DNA of 63,397 nucleotides, filler included, from Cercozoa sp. M6MM (Eukaryota; Protista; Endomyxa: Ascetosporea), in assembly GCA_040357565.1 (NCBI GenBank). It is 15 parts of 15 records of this genome, joined end to end, with 100 filler letters (N's around TTAATTAATTAA, not from the genome) between each part and the next. Parts side by side here need not be neighbours in the genome. Positions count along the whole stretch, not along the records: positions 52,393 to 55,636 come from JBDODJ010001545.1; positions 55,737 to 57,551 come from JBDODJ010001909.1; positions 57,652 to 58,922 come from JBDODJ010002083.1; positions 59,023 to 61,900 come from JBDODJ010001682.1; positions 62,001 to 63,397 come from JBDODJ010002043.1; 10 more parts are not named here. One strand, 5' to 3'. Positions 52,425-63,397 of the stretch are shown here, in pieces. Made by a program: the position numbers and the translations under genes. Below the pieces are notes generated by a model. That model was not told the DNA's origin. It saw only the letters and a list, made by a program, of their open reading frames with translations, and ran no database searches. How positions within the stretch are numbered: the stretch's first letter is position 1; each line of letters opens with the position of its first letter.

Positions 52425-55400
52425 CGCACCACCCGAAGCGCTCGTGCCGCAGCTCGGCCGACGCGACGCGACACAAGGCGCGCAGCATGGCCGCCACACA
52501 GTCTGCACAGCAGCCAGCATGATCAGCCAGAATGATCAGCAAGAATGATCAACCAGAGTGACCACCTCAGTGACCACATGATTGATCAGACTGACTGATC
52601 AGAGTGACCACAACACAAAGGGTACCTTCGGAGCGGCGCGCCGACGACGCGTCGAACACGGCGTGCAGCAACGTGCTGTCGACCGCGTCCAGCAGCGCCT
52701 GCTGTCGCCGCACCACGCGGCGTTTCTCCAGCCGTTTCTCCTCCTGTCTCTGCGTGCGTACAAACAGACCGATTCGTGTGTCCACTCTGGACAGGTTGGG
52801 ACAGAGACAGGTACAGTCGGCTCGGCCGAGTCGGCGCGGTCCAGCGCGCGCAATGTCGTCAGCAGAGCCGCCTGCCGCCGCTCCAGCGCCGCGATGGACT
52901 GCGCCAGCGCCAGCCAGCTGCAGGTACACAGAGTAGCCACACCGGTACAGACGGACCCAGGTACAGATGGACCAGGGACTGGACAAGGGCGTAGGGTACG
53001 AGTGGTCATGCACGAGATGCGCCGCCTCGGCGAACACGTCGAGCACTCGCACGAGCAGCTGCACGTGCGACGGTGTCACCGGTGATCGCAGGCACTCATC
53101 AGTGTCACCAGTGGTGTCAGTATCACCGTCGGTGGTACCAGTTACGGTATCAGCGGCGACGGTGTTGTCGGCAAGTGACGGTGCCAGTCGCGTCATGCCG
53201 AGCATGCCGCGCAGCGTCGTCGACAGCTCGGACGACAGGCCACACCGCGCGGCGGCACGTGCCACACGTGTCAGCGTGTCGATGCAGTGATCGATCGCAC
53301 CGTCTCCGTCGCACGTGTCAGTGGCAGCGATCGTGGCAGTGTCACCGTCGAACGTGTCGGCATCGCCGGTCAGATCGACGTGCGACATGGCTGACACCAG
53401 CGACGGTGTCATCTGCTGCACCAGCACGCTGATCTCCGTGATCGCACCGTCACCGTCAGTCTCAGTGTCACCGTCGGTATCAGTGTCACTGACACTGTCA
53501 CTCAGAGCGCCACTGGGAGTGACCACACGACTGCAGAGTGCGCGCACTGCACGTGCCAGCGACCAGTCGGCGCGTGCGCGCAGTGCAACTGCATCCGACT
53601 CGCTCTCGTTTTCCTCGTCGTCTCTGTACCACGAGGGGTAAGGAGGTACCAGAGGAGTCAGATGGGGCCCCCCCCCCCCCCGCGCCGCCTAAGCGGGGTA
53701 AGATGGAGTGAGAGGGACGGGGCAAAACTACCCGGAAAGCTTGATCTCGCGCGCTGCGATACGTCGGTAGATTTGTCGCAGCATGCTTGGATCGATCACG
53801 TCACCTGTGCACGTGTGTCACACGTGATCACTCAGTCAGCCATGCGGTCAGTCAGTCAGTCGCGTGGTCACTCAATCACAAAGACACGTGGTCACTCAGA
53901 AAGAGTGTTCGCACCGTCGAGTCGGCCGTAGTTGCGAATGAAGTCGTCCTCCGACATCTTGCGCTTCACCTGCAGAGCAACACAGTAGTTTAAGGGTCGC
54001 ATGGATTGTTAAGGGGACCACATCTCTGTTAATACTGCGAGAGAACGGGGCGGTACCTGCGAGTTGTACAGGTCTGTGTTGAGCATGAGGATGCCGAAGC
54101 TGAGAACGTAGGGAGTGTCAACGCTCTGGAACACGCCTACACACATTTGCATTAAAGGGGTGCCTTCGTAGAGTTAAGGGTGTGCGTGAACTGGTTAAGG
54201 GAACCAGAAGGTGAGTTAAGGGTGTCTACCGGGATTGTGGTGACAGTAGGCGCGTCCGAAGGCCGTGACGATGCGATCGACGAGTTGCGCCTCGCCGTGC
54301 ACCAGTACCAGTGCGCACAGTCTGCACAGGTCCACACAGTCCATATGTACAGTCCACATGTACGCACACATGTGTACACACATGTGTCCACACAGGTGTA
54401 CCTGCGCAGAGCCTCGTCGACGGGCAGACCGGCCAGCGGCAGCTGCAGCATGAAGGCGTCGAGCACACTCGTCATGCCGGTTGCACTGTCGCCTGCCCAC
54501 GTGTCATACCCCACGTGTCCCCCCAGTCCACGTGTCCCACCCAATGTCCCACCAACGTGAACCCACGAGTCACTCAGTCAGAAGGGAGGCAGGTCAGCTG
54601 TACCAAGCAGCTGGCCCAGTGAGGCACGTGACAGCAGCGCCTCGCTCTTGCCGACGCTGTCGGTGCGACGCGCGCTCAGTCGCCGCAGCGCACGTGCCAC
54701 CTCGGCCGCCTCCGCCTGCTCGCCCAGCTGTAGCGCCTGCTCGTTTCATCGGGGGGGGGGGGGGGGCGGCTAAGCGCGGGGGCGAGGTAAGGGATAAGAC
54801 GGGGATAAGAGCGGGTGATAGGCAGGTAACAAGGGGGTTAAGAAGGGGTTAAGAAGGGGTTAAGAAGGGGTTAAGAAGGGGTAAGAAGGGGATAAGAAGG
54901 GGGTAAGATGGGGTAAGATGGGAGGAGGGTAAGACAAACCGTCAGCAGCGCAGCGAGGCGCTTGAAGGCTGGCTTAGAGTCCAGAGAGCGACAGGCGGCG
55001 CGCACGTCGCGGCGGCGCCGCAGCAGTGCCAGTGTCCGCGCGGAGGCCGGCGTCGGTGTCCGCGCGGACGCCAGCGTCAGCAGGATGCGCGACACGCGCG
55101 CGGACAGCGCGAGTGTCTCCGCGCGGAAGGGCGCGCGCTGGCGCAGCAGTAGGCGCAGCAGGTCGGCCAGCGCGGCCACGAGGTCGCGTCGCGGCGTCGA
55201 ACAGCGCAGCCAGTCCAGCAGGACGCATGTGTCACCGTCACTGGTGTCAGTGGTATCAGTGTCACCGTCGGTGTCACCGTCGGCGGCATCATCGGACCGA
55301 TCGGCCAGCACGGCCGCCAGTGCGCGCAGTGCGGCGGCGCGTCGGGTGGCCGGTGCCGCCGCATCGGCGCACAGCGGCAGCACCAGGTCGTGCCACACTG

Positions 55401-55550
55401 TTGGTCACACACACACCGTCAGTGGTCACTGATCGATCAGTACAATCATAGTGATCGATCATACAGTGAAATACCGTCATGCACCGTCGCTCGCAGACTG
55501 CGCCAGCAGCGCGTCGCTTTCGACAGCACGCGCAGCGCCTCCGTCGCCTG
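52425..55550 (-). CDS. Large Sec7-domain ARF guanine-nucleotide exchange factor (GBF/BIG type), internal fragment
   Basis: LDAFMLQLPLAGLPVDEALRR; VHGEAQLVDRIVTAFGRAY; DTPYVLSFGILMLNTDLYNSQ|VKRKMSEDDFIRN; MLRQIYRRIAAREIK. Confidence 0.9.
55035..55127. repeat. Cluster of the dispersed palindrome TCCGCGCGGA: 3 exact copies plus 1 near copy. Other exact copies at 1523, 5325, 8477, 24434, 29284, 29947, 31832, 32066 and 48142.
   Basis: Read directly from the sequence. Confidence 0.9.
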
Positions 55551-55736
55551 TGCAGAGCGGCGGTCTTACCCCCCATCTTACCCCCATCCCATCTTACCCC
55601 CTCCTCCCACCGTACCCCCGACTCGCGCCAACCCCCNNNNNNNNNNNNNNNNNNNNNNNNNNNNNNNNNNNNNNNNNNNNTTAATTAATTAANNNNNNNN
55701 NNNNNNNNNNNNNNNNNNNNNNNNNNNNNNNNNNNN

Positions 55737-55800
<64 letters not shown>

Positions 55801-55811
55801 GAGGGTACGGC

Positions 55812-56364
55812 CAGGTCGCTGCTGTGCGTAGTAGCGCGCGAACGGAACCGTCAGATCGTAGCGCAGGGACAGTTGGGCACCACCCTGCCCAGAAACAGAC
55901 ACACCCACGTGTTCGCACATAGGATATGACATGGGTCACACACGTGCCAACTGTAAGCAGATCGGGTACCTGATCAGCGAGGTCGTAGATGAGCTTGCTG
56001 TCCTCGCCGTACTTGCCGGTGAGGGTCTCCTTGTGCTCAAACACCGGCGTGTCGATCTCCTTGCCACCTAGGAACTCTTAAGGTGACGCTGCCTTTTTGC
56101 AGATACCAAAGGGCATACCGTGACGCTGGAAGACATTGCGCACACGCGTCAGTACCTCCCTGAGTCATAGGGACATCAAATATTTACATGTACACATATA
56201 CATGTGTATAAAATAAGGCAGTGTCGTACTGTCGCAGTGCCATCTGACGCGGCACAAAGTCACGCGTGCCCAGCGGTGCATGCACGCTCATGTGCTCGTT
56301 CTGGGCCTGTACACACCATATACACATATGTATGCATGTAATGTATACATGCACGCACCCACAT

Positions 56365-56405
<41 letters not shown>

Positions 56406-57510
56406 CTATACATGTAGAAAAATATTTAAAAACACAGTGCTCAAAGACTACCGTCAGCAGATGTTGCAGAAAGGAGCGAACGACACGCGAGGTCATGGCC
56501 TGTGTGTAGACACACGGGGAGGGGGGGGGGTAAACTACCACACAATCACACAAGGAAACAAGGTAAAAAGACAGGACTACCTGCTTGCTAGTCAAGAGAC
56601 GAGCAATGGTGTTGGTGCCCTTCGCAAGAGGAACAAGCAGACACAAGGTAGATACGCAAGGACACTGTGATGTATACTACTAGTAACACAGAGAGTACAC
56701 TGCCTCCGCCGAGCAAAGTGCGACCACCGCAAGCCTGTCCGGGGGAAGGGGTAAGGGTACATGTATGTTGCACATATAAGAAGACACAAATACATCAAAG
56801 AAGTCGCCGGCAGCCTTGCCCAGCACGAGGCCCTTGGCACCCTTCTGCAGGGGAGGGGGGAAAGGGTGGTGGTGTGTGAGGTAAAGCATAAGAAGCCTAC
56901 GCTGTTCTTCTTGAGGAACTTAGCGAGTTCCTTCTCGGCCTTGGCGGGCGGCATCTTGGCCAGACGCGCGTCCAGCTTGGCTCGCTTGGCCGCCACCTGT
57001 TCTCGGGGGGGGGGGGGTCACCTGGGTTGGGTGGGGGGGGGGTAAGGCAGGGGGGCCCTCTCCTCCTGCGTGCGAATCTTGTCGGCATTCGCAGTGGCCA
57101 GCGTCGTCAGGGCGCCCTGTAGGGTAAAGGAGTAGGGGGTAGGAGGGTAAAGGGGGCGGGGAAGGCAGTGGCTACAATCAACTCGGTGTGCAGGGCATCT
57201 GCTGCCACAGAGACGGCACACAGCACCGACGAGGCGGCACCTAACACATGCCTCACATAGACACAGCCTCATAGGTCCACCTAGACACCTATAGAGGGCC
57301 ACTACCAAGCAGGTCAAAGCAGGGCGAGATGGCCGGCATCATCTGCTGTCCGTACCTCTCCTGCACGTCAAAACCGGCGCGTCGACACGACGCGAACGCC
57401 GCGCCAATCAGCGTGCTGTTTGTGGTACACACGGGGGGGGGGGGTAGGGGTAATGGGTGGGTGTGGGTAAAGGCAAAACAGGCTACCTCGACAGGTTGCG
57501 CATCGAAGCG
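55812..57510 (-). CDS. HARS1: Histidyl-tRNA synthetase with long N-terminal extension, internal fragment
   Basis: [16 protein letters not shown]; VFQRH|[33 protein letters not shown]|[18 protein letters not shown]. Confidence 0.95.
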
Positions 57511-57651
57511 ACCAGCACAGCTACACCAGGAGGGGTAAAGAGGGGGGTAAANNNNNNNNNNNNNNNNNNNNNNNNNNNNNNNNNNNNNNNNNNNNTTAAT
57601 TAATTAANNNNNNNNNNNNNNNNNNNNNNNNNNNNNNNNNNNNNNNNNNNN

Positions 57652-58738
57652 AAACGCTACCGTCTCTCGCAGTTTCGCGTTGATGGAGTCGATGTGACAG
57701 CCGCAGATCACACGTGACTGCGCCTCGGCCTGCAGTTTACCCCCCTGTTTACCCCCCTGTTTACCCCCCTGTTTACCCCCCCCCCCCTTTACCAGGGAAG
57801 AAGCCGGTCGGAATCGCACAACGACGGAGGACTGCGGAGTGGCAGTGCCGTGGTCAAAGAGAGCAACAGACACGTCCGACTGTCGCCCGTGTTGTTGGAC
57901 AAGTTGGTTCAGGTACTCGTGTACTCGCAGCACTGCCGTTCTGCCCTGGGGTGGGGGTAGTAAATAGGGGGGTACACAGGGGGGTATATAGAGGGATACA
58001 TAGGGGGATAAACAGGGGGATAAATAGGGGGATAAATAGGGGGATAAACAGGGGGATAAATAGGGGGGTAAGCAGGGGGGGTAAAAGGGGGGGGGGGGGT
58101 AAACACACAGAGTCACTGGCGTGGAAGCGCGTGTGGTAGGAAGTCAACTCGTTGAGAAACACTTCGCCCGCGCGCTTGTTCAAATAACGCGCTGTCTCGA
58201 TCACTACTCAACAAATAAACCGGGAAAATAAACCGGGAAAATAAACCGGGAGTATAACCACGCAGATTAAGTCAGCTTGAACCCAGCGGCTGTTGGGATG
58301 GTTTGCTCGGCAGAGGAGCGCTCGACGGCGCCTCCCGGTCACTCTCGACGATATCAGTCTGTCCGCGCTGATGCATCACAAAACCCTCACAAAAACAAGA
58401 AACCCGACTGTACCAAGTCAAAGTAGCCAGGGCCTGGCATGTGATTGGCATGCACACGTTCCGACAGTGCAGCCAACTGTGTCTGTGACAGCCACTGTGG
58501 CGCCTGCTCGGCCTCAGTTTGGATCAGGCCTGCATTTCAGTTTTTATTTCAGTTTGGCATTTTCCTGGTATTTCCTGGTATTCCCCACAACACACAAATG
58601 CAAGAAACTGCATGGCACGAGCGTTGGCGTCGGCGATAGAGCGATCCGGCCGTGTGATGTCGGCGATAGAGCGAAAAGAGTGCGATCAAAATGTTCGACC
58701 TACGCAGAAGCGACAAGTGCTGCCAAAAGCAGCATCAT
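57652..58738 (-). CDS. M28 family leucine aminopeptidase (secreted, with prodomain), 3' truncated
   Basis: MMLLLAALVAS signal; LIQTEAEQAPQWLS prodomain; LNELTSYHTRFHA; ALFDHG..PQSSVVVRF; VICGCHIDSIN carries the HxD zinc ligands. Confidence 0.85.
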
Positions 58739-58875
58739 AGTAGGCACAAGTTAGTGAGCACAATCTAGGCACACAGTGGCACGCAAGCAAACTCGAGCTT
58801 GATCGATCAGTTCTTTTTATTTAATAGCGATCGAACAATAGTTAGAGCCTCGTTGGTTGAGAAAGCAACTGTGTG

Positions 58876-58922
<47 letters not shown>

Positions 58923-59066
58923 NNNNNNNNNNNNNNNNNNNNNNNNNNNNNNNNNNNNNNNNNNNNTTAATTAATTAANNNNNNNNNNNNNNNNNNNNNN
59001 NNNNNNNNNNNNNNNNNNNNNNCCCCCCCCCCCCCACCTATCCCCGTTACCCTTTCCTTTCTCAGT

Positions 59067-60121
59067 CCCATACACGCGGCTCAGGTGCCGGCGAACCGGC
59101 CGATGGTACAAATGGACGTACTCCTGTACATAACTAAGTGGGTGAGCGTACGTCTCTGTAGCCATGCGGGCTGTCAATGCACTGCTGACCGAGTTGGACA
59201 CTCTGCGGAGGCATCCCAATGTGTTCGTGCTGGTAGTTTTGTCGTGTTTCCTTTTACTCCCATACCCCTTTTACACCCCTTTACCCCCCTTTACCCCCTC
59301 CGCCCGTAGTGCACAAGTAATGTGACCAAGGCGATCGACAGTGCTTTCGTTGATCGGTGCGATGCGCGCTTCCTCGTTCCTCTGCCTGGTAAACTTGTTC
59401 TGTACCCCGCCCCCTTTTACCCCCCCCCCTACTCCCTTTGCCCTCCTTTTCCCTAGCCCCTTTTTACCCTCCTTAGCCCCGTTTACCCCTTTTGTTCCCC
59501 CTTGCCCCCCAGGAGCAATGGCACGAGCAGAAATTATTCGCTCGTGTTTTGCCGAGTTAAGTCGGTGCGATCGTACTTTCGGCTACCCCCTCCCCATCCT
59601 TTACCCCTCGATACTATCCCCCCCCCCCCCCCTGTTTCTGTCGTCAGTGATTGAGAACAAAGAACCGCTGGTTCGAATTCCTCGCGACTTGGCAGACGCG
59701 TTGGTGTGTTTACTCCCCTTTACCCCCTTTACCTCCTTTATCCCCATTACCCCCCTTCACCCCCTTTACCCCATATGTTCAGGTACTACACGCCAGTCTG
59801 GACTCGAGCAGTGTCGATGCAGACAAAAAGAAGGACGTGCGACTGCATCGCGTTTGGCACGCGTATGCCAAGTCGCCTGCTCCGGGTGCCGCCTGGCAGG
59901 CCTCGCAGGTGGCGCAGCTCGCTCTCAAAACTGAAGGCTTCAGCGGCCGCGCGCTGCGCAAACTGCCGCTGCGAGCTCACGCGCTGAGCAAGCAGCACTC
60001 GCACCATTCGGACGCTCCCGTCCAAAGCAACTTGCTTGCTGAGAAGTGGTCGGTCGGCGCCTTCTTTTTAGCCATGCATGCCGCCGTCGAGCATGAGCTT
60101 TTGTCCAGGACGAACTTTTGA
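59067..60121 (+). CDS. PCH2: AAA+ ATPase PCH2/TRIP13, 3' part
   Basis: GSGAGEPAD|AMRAVNALLTELDTLRRHPNVFVL|CTSNVTKAIDSAFVDRCD; EIIRSCFAEL; GFSGRALRKLPLRAHA. Confidence 0.92.
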
Positions 60122-60238
60122 CGTTGCGTAGTTTGTTCATCTGGTCCTTCTGCTCCGTTCGTATTGTAAAAGCAAAATAACGTGCACCACTCGGCGATCC
60201 TAAGTGTGCCTGCTAGTGCTAACGAATCTTTATGACGT

Positions 60239-60962
60239 ATGGTTACGCGCTCGGTCCTAGTGCTGGCCGATCACAGTGATGACTCGGATGACTCTGATTG
60301 GGAAAGCGATGCCGATCCCCCGCCCAAGTTCGCGGTGGGCACACGAACACGAGGCAATAAAGCGCGCGAGATTGCTTCTACGCTACAGCAGAAGTTGACG
60401 CGGCTTGAGAATGGCATTGAGGTATGCGCGCGGACCTTTCTTTACATATCTGAGGAATTGATCTTGAATTATACATAAAAGGGCGAGGAACAAGGCATTC
60501 ATGACTACCTGGTGCAACTTGTGTGCGAAGAAGAACAACATGTGTTGTTGGAAGTCTTTGATTTGTCACTGGCGCCCGCTTTGTAGTCTTTGCTTTCTTG
60601 TACAAGACGACTATCAGTAGGAATGTTTGATGCAGGAGTATGGCACAAGTCGAACGCCTTGCCCTGTGTCGCAACAGCGAGGGAAACACTGTGCCGCAGC
60701 ATTTCATTCTGCAGAACAACGTAGACGCAGTGTACTGCTGGCGAAGTTGCGTTCCGGTGCTGGCCGACCCGGATTCTAGTCTACTGTGCCCATTCACACA
60801 TACATACAGTGTGCAAAGTCGTACTGTGTGTACTGTGTGTGTAGAACGATGGCACTCAACTCTGGCTGTGTCAGGTTGATCAATGTGCTGGTGGCTCCTG
60901 GCACTGAGTTTAGGTCGTCGTCGTTGAATCGACCGGTGTGCTTTCATGATACACACATATAT

Positions 60963-61003
<41 letters not shown>

Positions 61004-61645
61004 CTAGTAAATTCAGTATATATATTTATATATATAAATATATACTATAGATGCTGTCGGCGGCGACACTGCGTGGTTGTTTCGAGCTGAGTTTCGACAT
61101 GACGCTGCGTGATCTTTGTTTGCGCACGAAGCATGTGCTGCACCGATTGTTCCCAAGCAGTGAGCCTGAACAGTCCAACAATAACAGCCTCTTCCTGCTT
61201 GCAGTGCCATTGCACCGTCCAGATTATCTGTACTACTTTACATCTATCTGTATGGTGTCATATGGTACCATACAGGGCAAGGTTCTTTTGCGGTGACCTG
61301 CAACGAAACGCCGATGTGTTGATGCAACTGTGCACGCCGTTTGTTGGAGTATGTATCTCTTACCTGCGCGCACGCACGTGTGTGTGTATGTGTGTATTGT
61401 TTTCTTGGTAAACGTTTAAGGTGTTTGGGGTATTGCAGAAATGGCGACTGGTTCACACGCTGATCGACTGGTTGCTCGGCCGGAAGCAGCCCAGCGAGGC
61501 CGATGAATTGTTCTCCCATCTGCCAATGGGCGTGGCTGATCGCGATGTGTGTCCGGTCACCTTCAGTCTGACAGACACCTGCACATGCGATATCGATGAG
61601 ATTGACTCGTCGCGAGTCAAACAGTTCCTGCAGTGCATTCTGCAG
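60239..61645 (+). CDS. Hypothetical multi-exon protein, 3' truncated
   Basis: MVTRSVLVLADHSDDSDDSDWE...; helical exons such as VFGVLQKWRLVHTLIDWLL. Confidence 0.5.
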
Positions 61646-61663
61646 GTGTTTTCTCTCATTTCT

Positions 61664-61705
<42 letters not shown>

Positions 61706-61805
61706 NNNNNNNNNNNNNNNNNNNNNNNNNNNNNNNNNNNNNNNNNNNNNNNNNNNNNNNNNNNNNNNNNNNNNNNNNNNNNNNNNNNNNNNNNNNNNNN
61801 NNNNN

Positions 61806-61890
<85 letters not shown>

Positions 61891-62024
61891 TATTTGCACT
61901 NNNNNNNNNNNNNNNNNNNNNNNNNNNNNNNNNNNNNNNNNNNNTTAATTAATTAANNNNNNNNNNNNNNNNNNNNNNNNNNNNNNNNNNNNNNNNNNNN
62001 CCCCCTGTTTACCCCCCTCCCCAG

Positions 62025-62571
62025 GTGCACATGCCGTCGGTGCGACGCTGGCAGCAGCACATTCTGCAGGAGACGCAGCAGTTCCTCCCGGAGGCACAGG
62101 TGCCGTCGGTGCTGGCGCATCCTATCCCGACCGGTATACCCCCTACCTTTCCCCTTTACCCCTTACCCCCTCTACCCCCATTTACCCCTCTGGCACAGAC
62201 CGAGCTCGTTTGGTGCACGCGCTGGCGCAGATGAGAAAAGGACCGTGCCGGTATACCCCCCTCTTACCCCTCTTACCCCTCTTACCCCCTCTCACCCCTA
62301 GATACTCGCTGTGCACACTGTGGCCGGACCGACTGAAGCAGCAGTTGCAGATCACTCTGCAGCAGAACGAACAACACTGGCGGCGGCGCGACGGCTCTCC
62401 TATGGTGTTTTACCCCCTGCCCCCCCCCCCCCCGCTCACCCCCACCCCTGTTCACCCCCTCCCCAGGACGCACGCGGTCTGGAGGCCATGCTGGTGTCGG
62501 GCGTGCTGGTCAAGGTGCGCGAGGCCGAGTCCTTGCAGGCGCGCACGATTCTCAACACGCGGCACCACTGA
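62025..62571 (+). CDS. 3' end of a hypothetical protein, 4 short exons
   Basis: Exons separated by TTACCCC-filled introns, ending ARTILNTRHH*. Confidence 0.5.
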
Positions 62572-62805
62572 TCGATCGCCTCACGTCTGTCATCATGTTC
62601 CGGCTTAGTGTTCTCAATCAAGTTGTCATCTGACTACTCGTCAGCGCGGACGCTCTAATCTGAACCAGTCGTATTCGATACCTTAGTTACTGGTTTCCTC
62701 AGATACGCTACGCTAGCTCAGACTATTTCGACAAGACCAGCTCGGATTTACTATGATAGACGGCAGGTGCGGTGAGACAGTCGCACAGGCGAGACTCGAC
62801 TTGGT

Positions 62806-63397
62806 TAGTGTCACTCGCATTCATCGGCGTCGATGTCTGCACCATGCGAGTGGGTACAAGGCTTGCCGGCAGCGGCAGTTTCCAATGTCGCCAGCACCAC
62901 CTCCTGCACATGTGCGCGACTGCTGTCGCTGTCGAACACGTCGTACGGCAGCGTGCGCAGTCCACCAAAGAACTGTATATCACACAGACATACCGCAAGT
63001 GGTAGGGGAGGGGGGCTTATCTACACACCGAAACATTTAGAAGACACAAGTACCTGGGCTGCGTGCTGGCCTACGGGACTCTGCAATCATACACACACAA
63101 ACATATATATATAAATATAATATAGAGATAGAGAGAGGCATAAAGGTCTCCTACCGCAACGATCTCGGGGTTGAGCAGGTCGCCACCACCTAATAGACAG
63201 GCACCAGTATGGCAGTATAGACACAGACATAGCATAGAGATAGACAAGAGTATAACAGTACAGACAGAGGCAACAGTATATCAGTACAGACATGGACAAC
63301 AGTATAGCAGTACCTTGCTCGAACACGTCAAAGTCGGCCGACGTGACCAGTCGTGTCGACAGAATCTGAGGGCAAGCGACCGTACCCAAGGGAGGTA
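62806..63397 (-). CDS. 3' end of a hypothetical protein
   Basis: ...SADFDVFEQ|...|SPVGQHAAQ|FFGGLRTLPYDVFDSDSSRAHVQEVVLATLE...ECE*. Confidence 0.45.

Overview
Eukaryotic (protist-like) nuclear DNA, not prokaryotic. The window is 15 short contigs joined by 14 artificial 100-bp spacers (N44-TTAATTAATTAA-N44), so gene order across spacers is meaningless. Genes are dense and intron-rich, with short GT-AG introns (donor very often GTAC) that are frequently filled with simple repeats. Recognisable genes, assembled by eye across introns: Churchill, RPAP2/Rtr1-like, SUMO, NSRP1/CCDC55, PARG, a RimK-like ATP-grasp/thiamine pyrophosphokinase fusion, a CCHC zinc-knuckle protein, an EGF/lectin-like type I membrane protein, NSE4, an ABCG transporter, GOT1, a MAP3K-like kinase, TRAPPC8, a secreted GPI-like protein, VPS24/CHMP3, CNOT10, a mucin plus ALK/LTK-type glycine-rich secreted protein, a Sec7 ARF-GEF, HisRS with a long N-terminal extension, an M28 leucine aminopeptidase and PCH2/TRIP13. 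The most unusual signals are: (1) the palindrome TCCGCGCGGA, seen at least 12 times in exons, introns and intergenic DNA and directly abutting three 3' splice sites; (2) the in-frame ATP-grasp/TPK fusion; (3) locus-specific repeat 'dialects' that fill introns and bleed into exons; (4) GTAC donors with no conserved +5G. All family calls rest on remembered motifs, not database searches, and exon boundaries are approximate.
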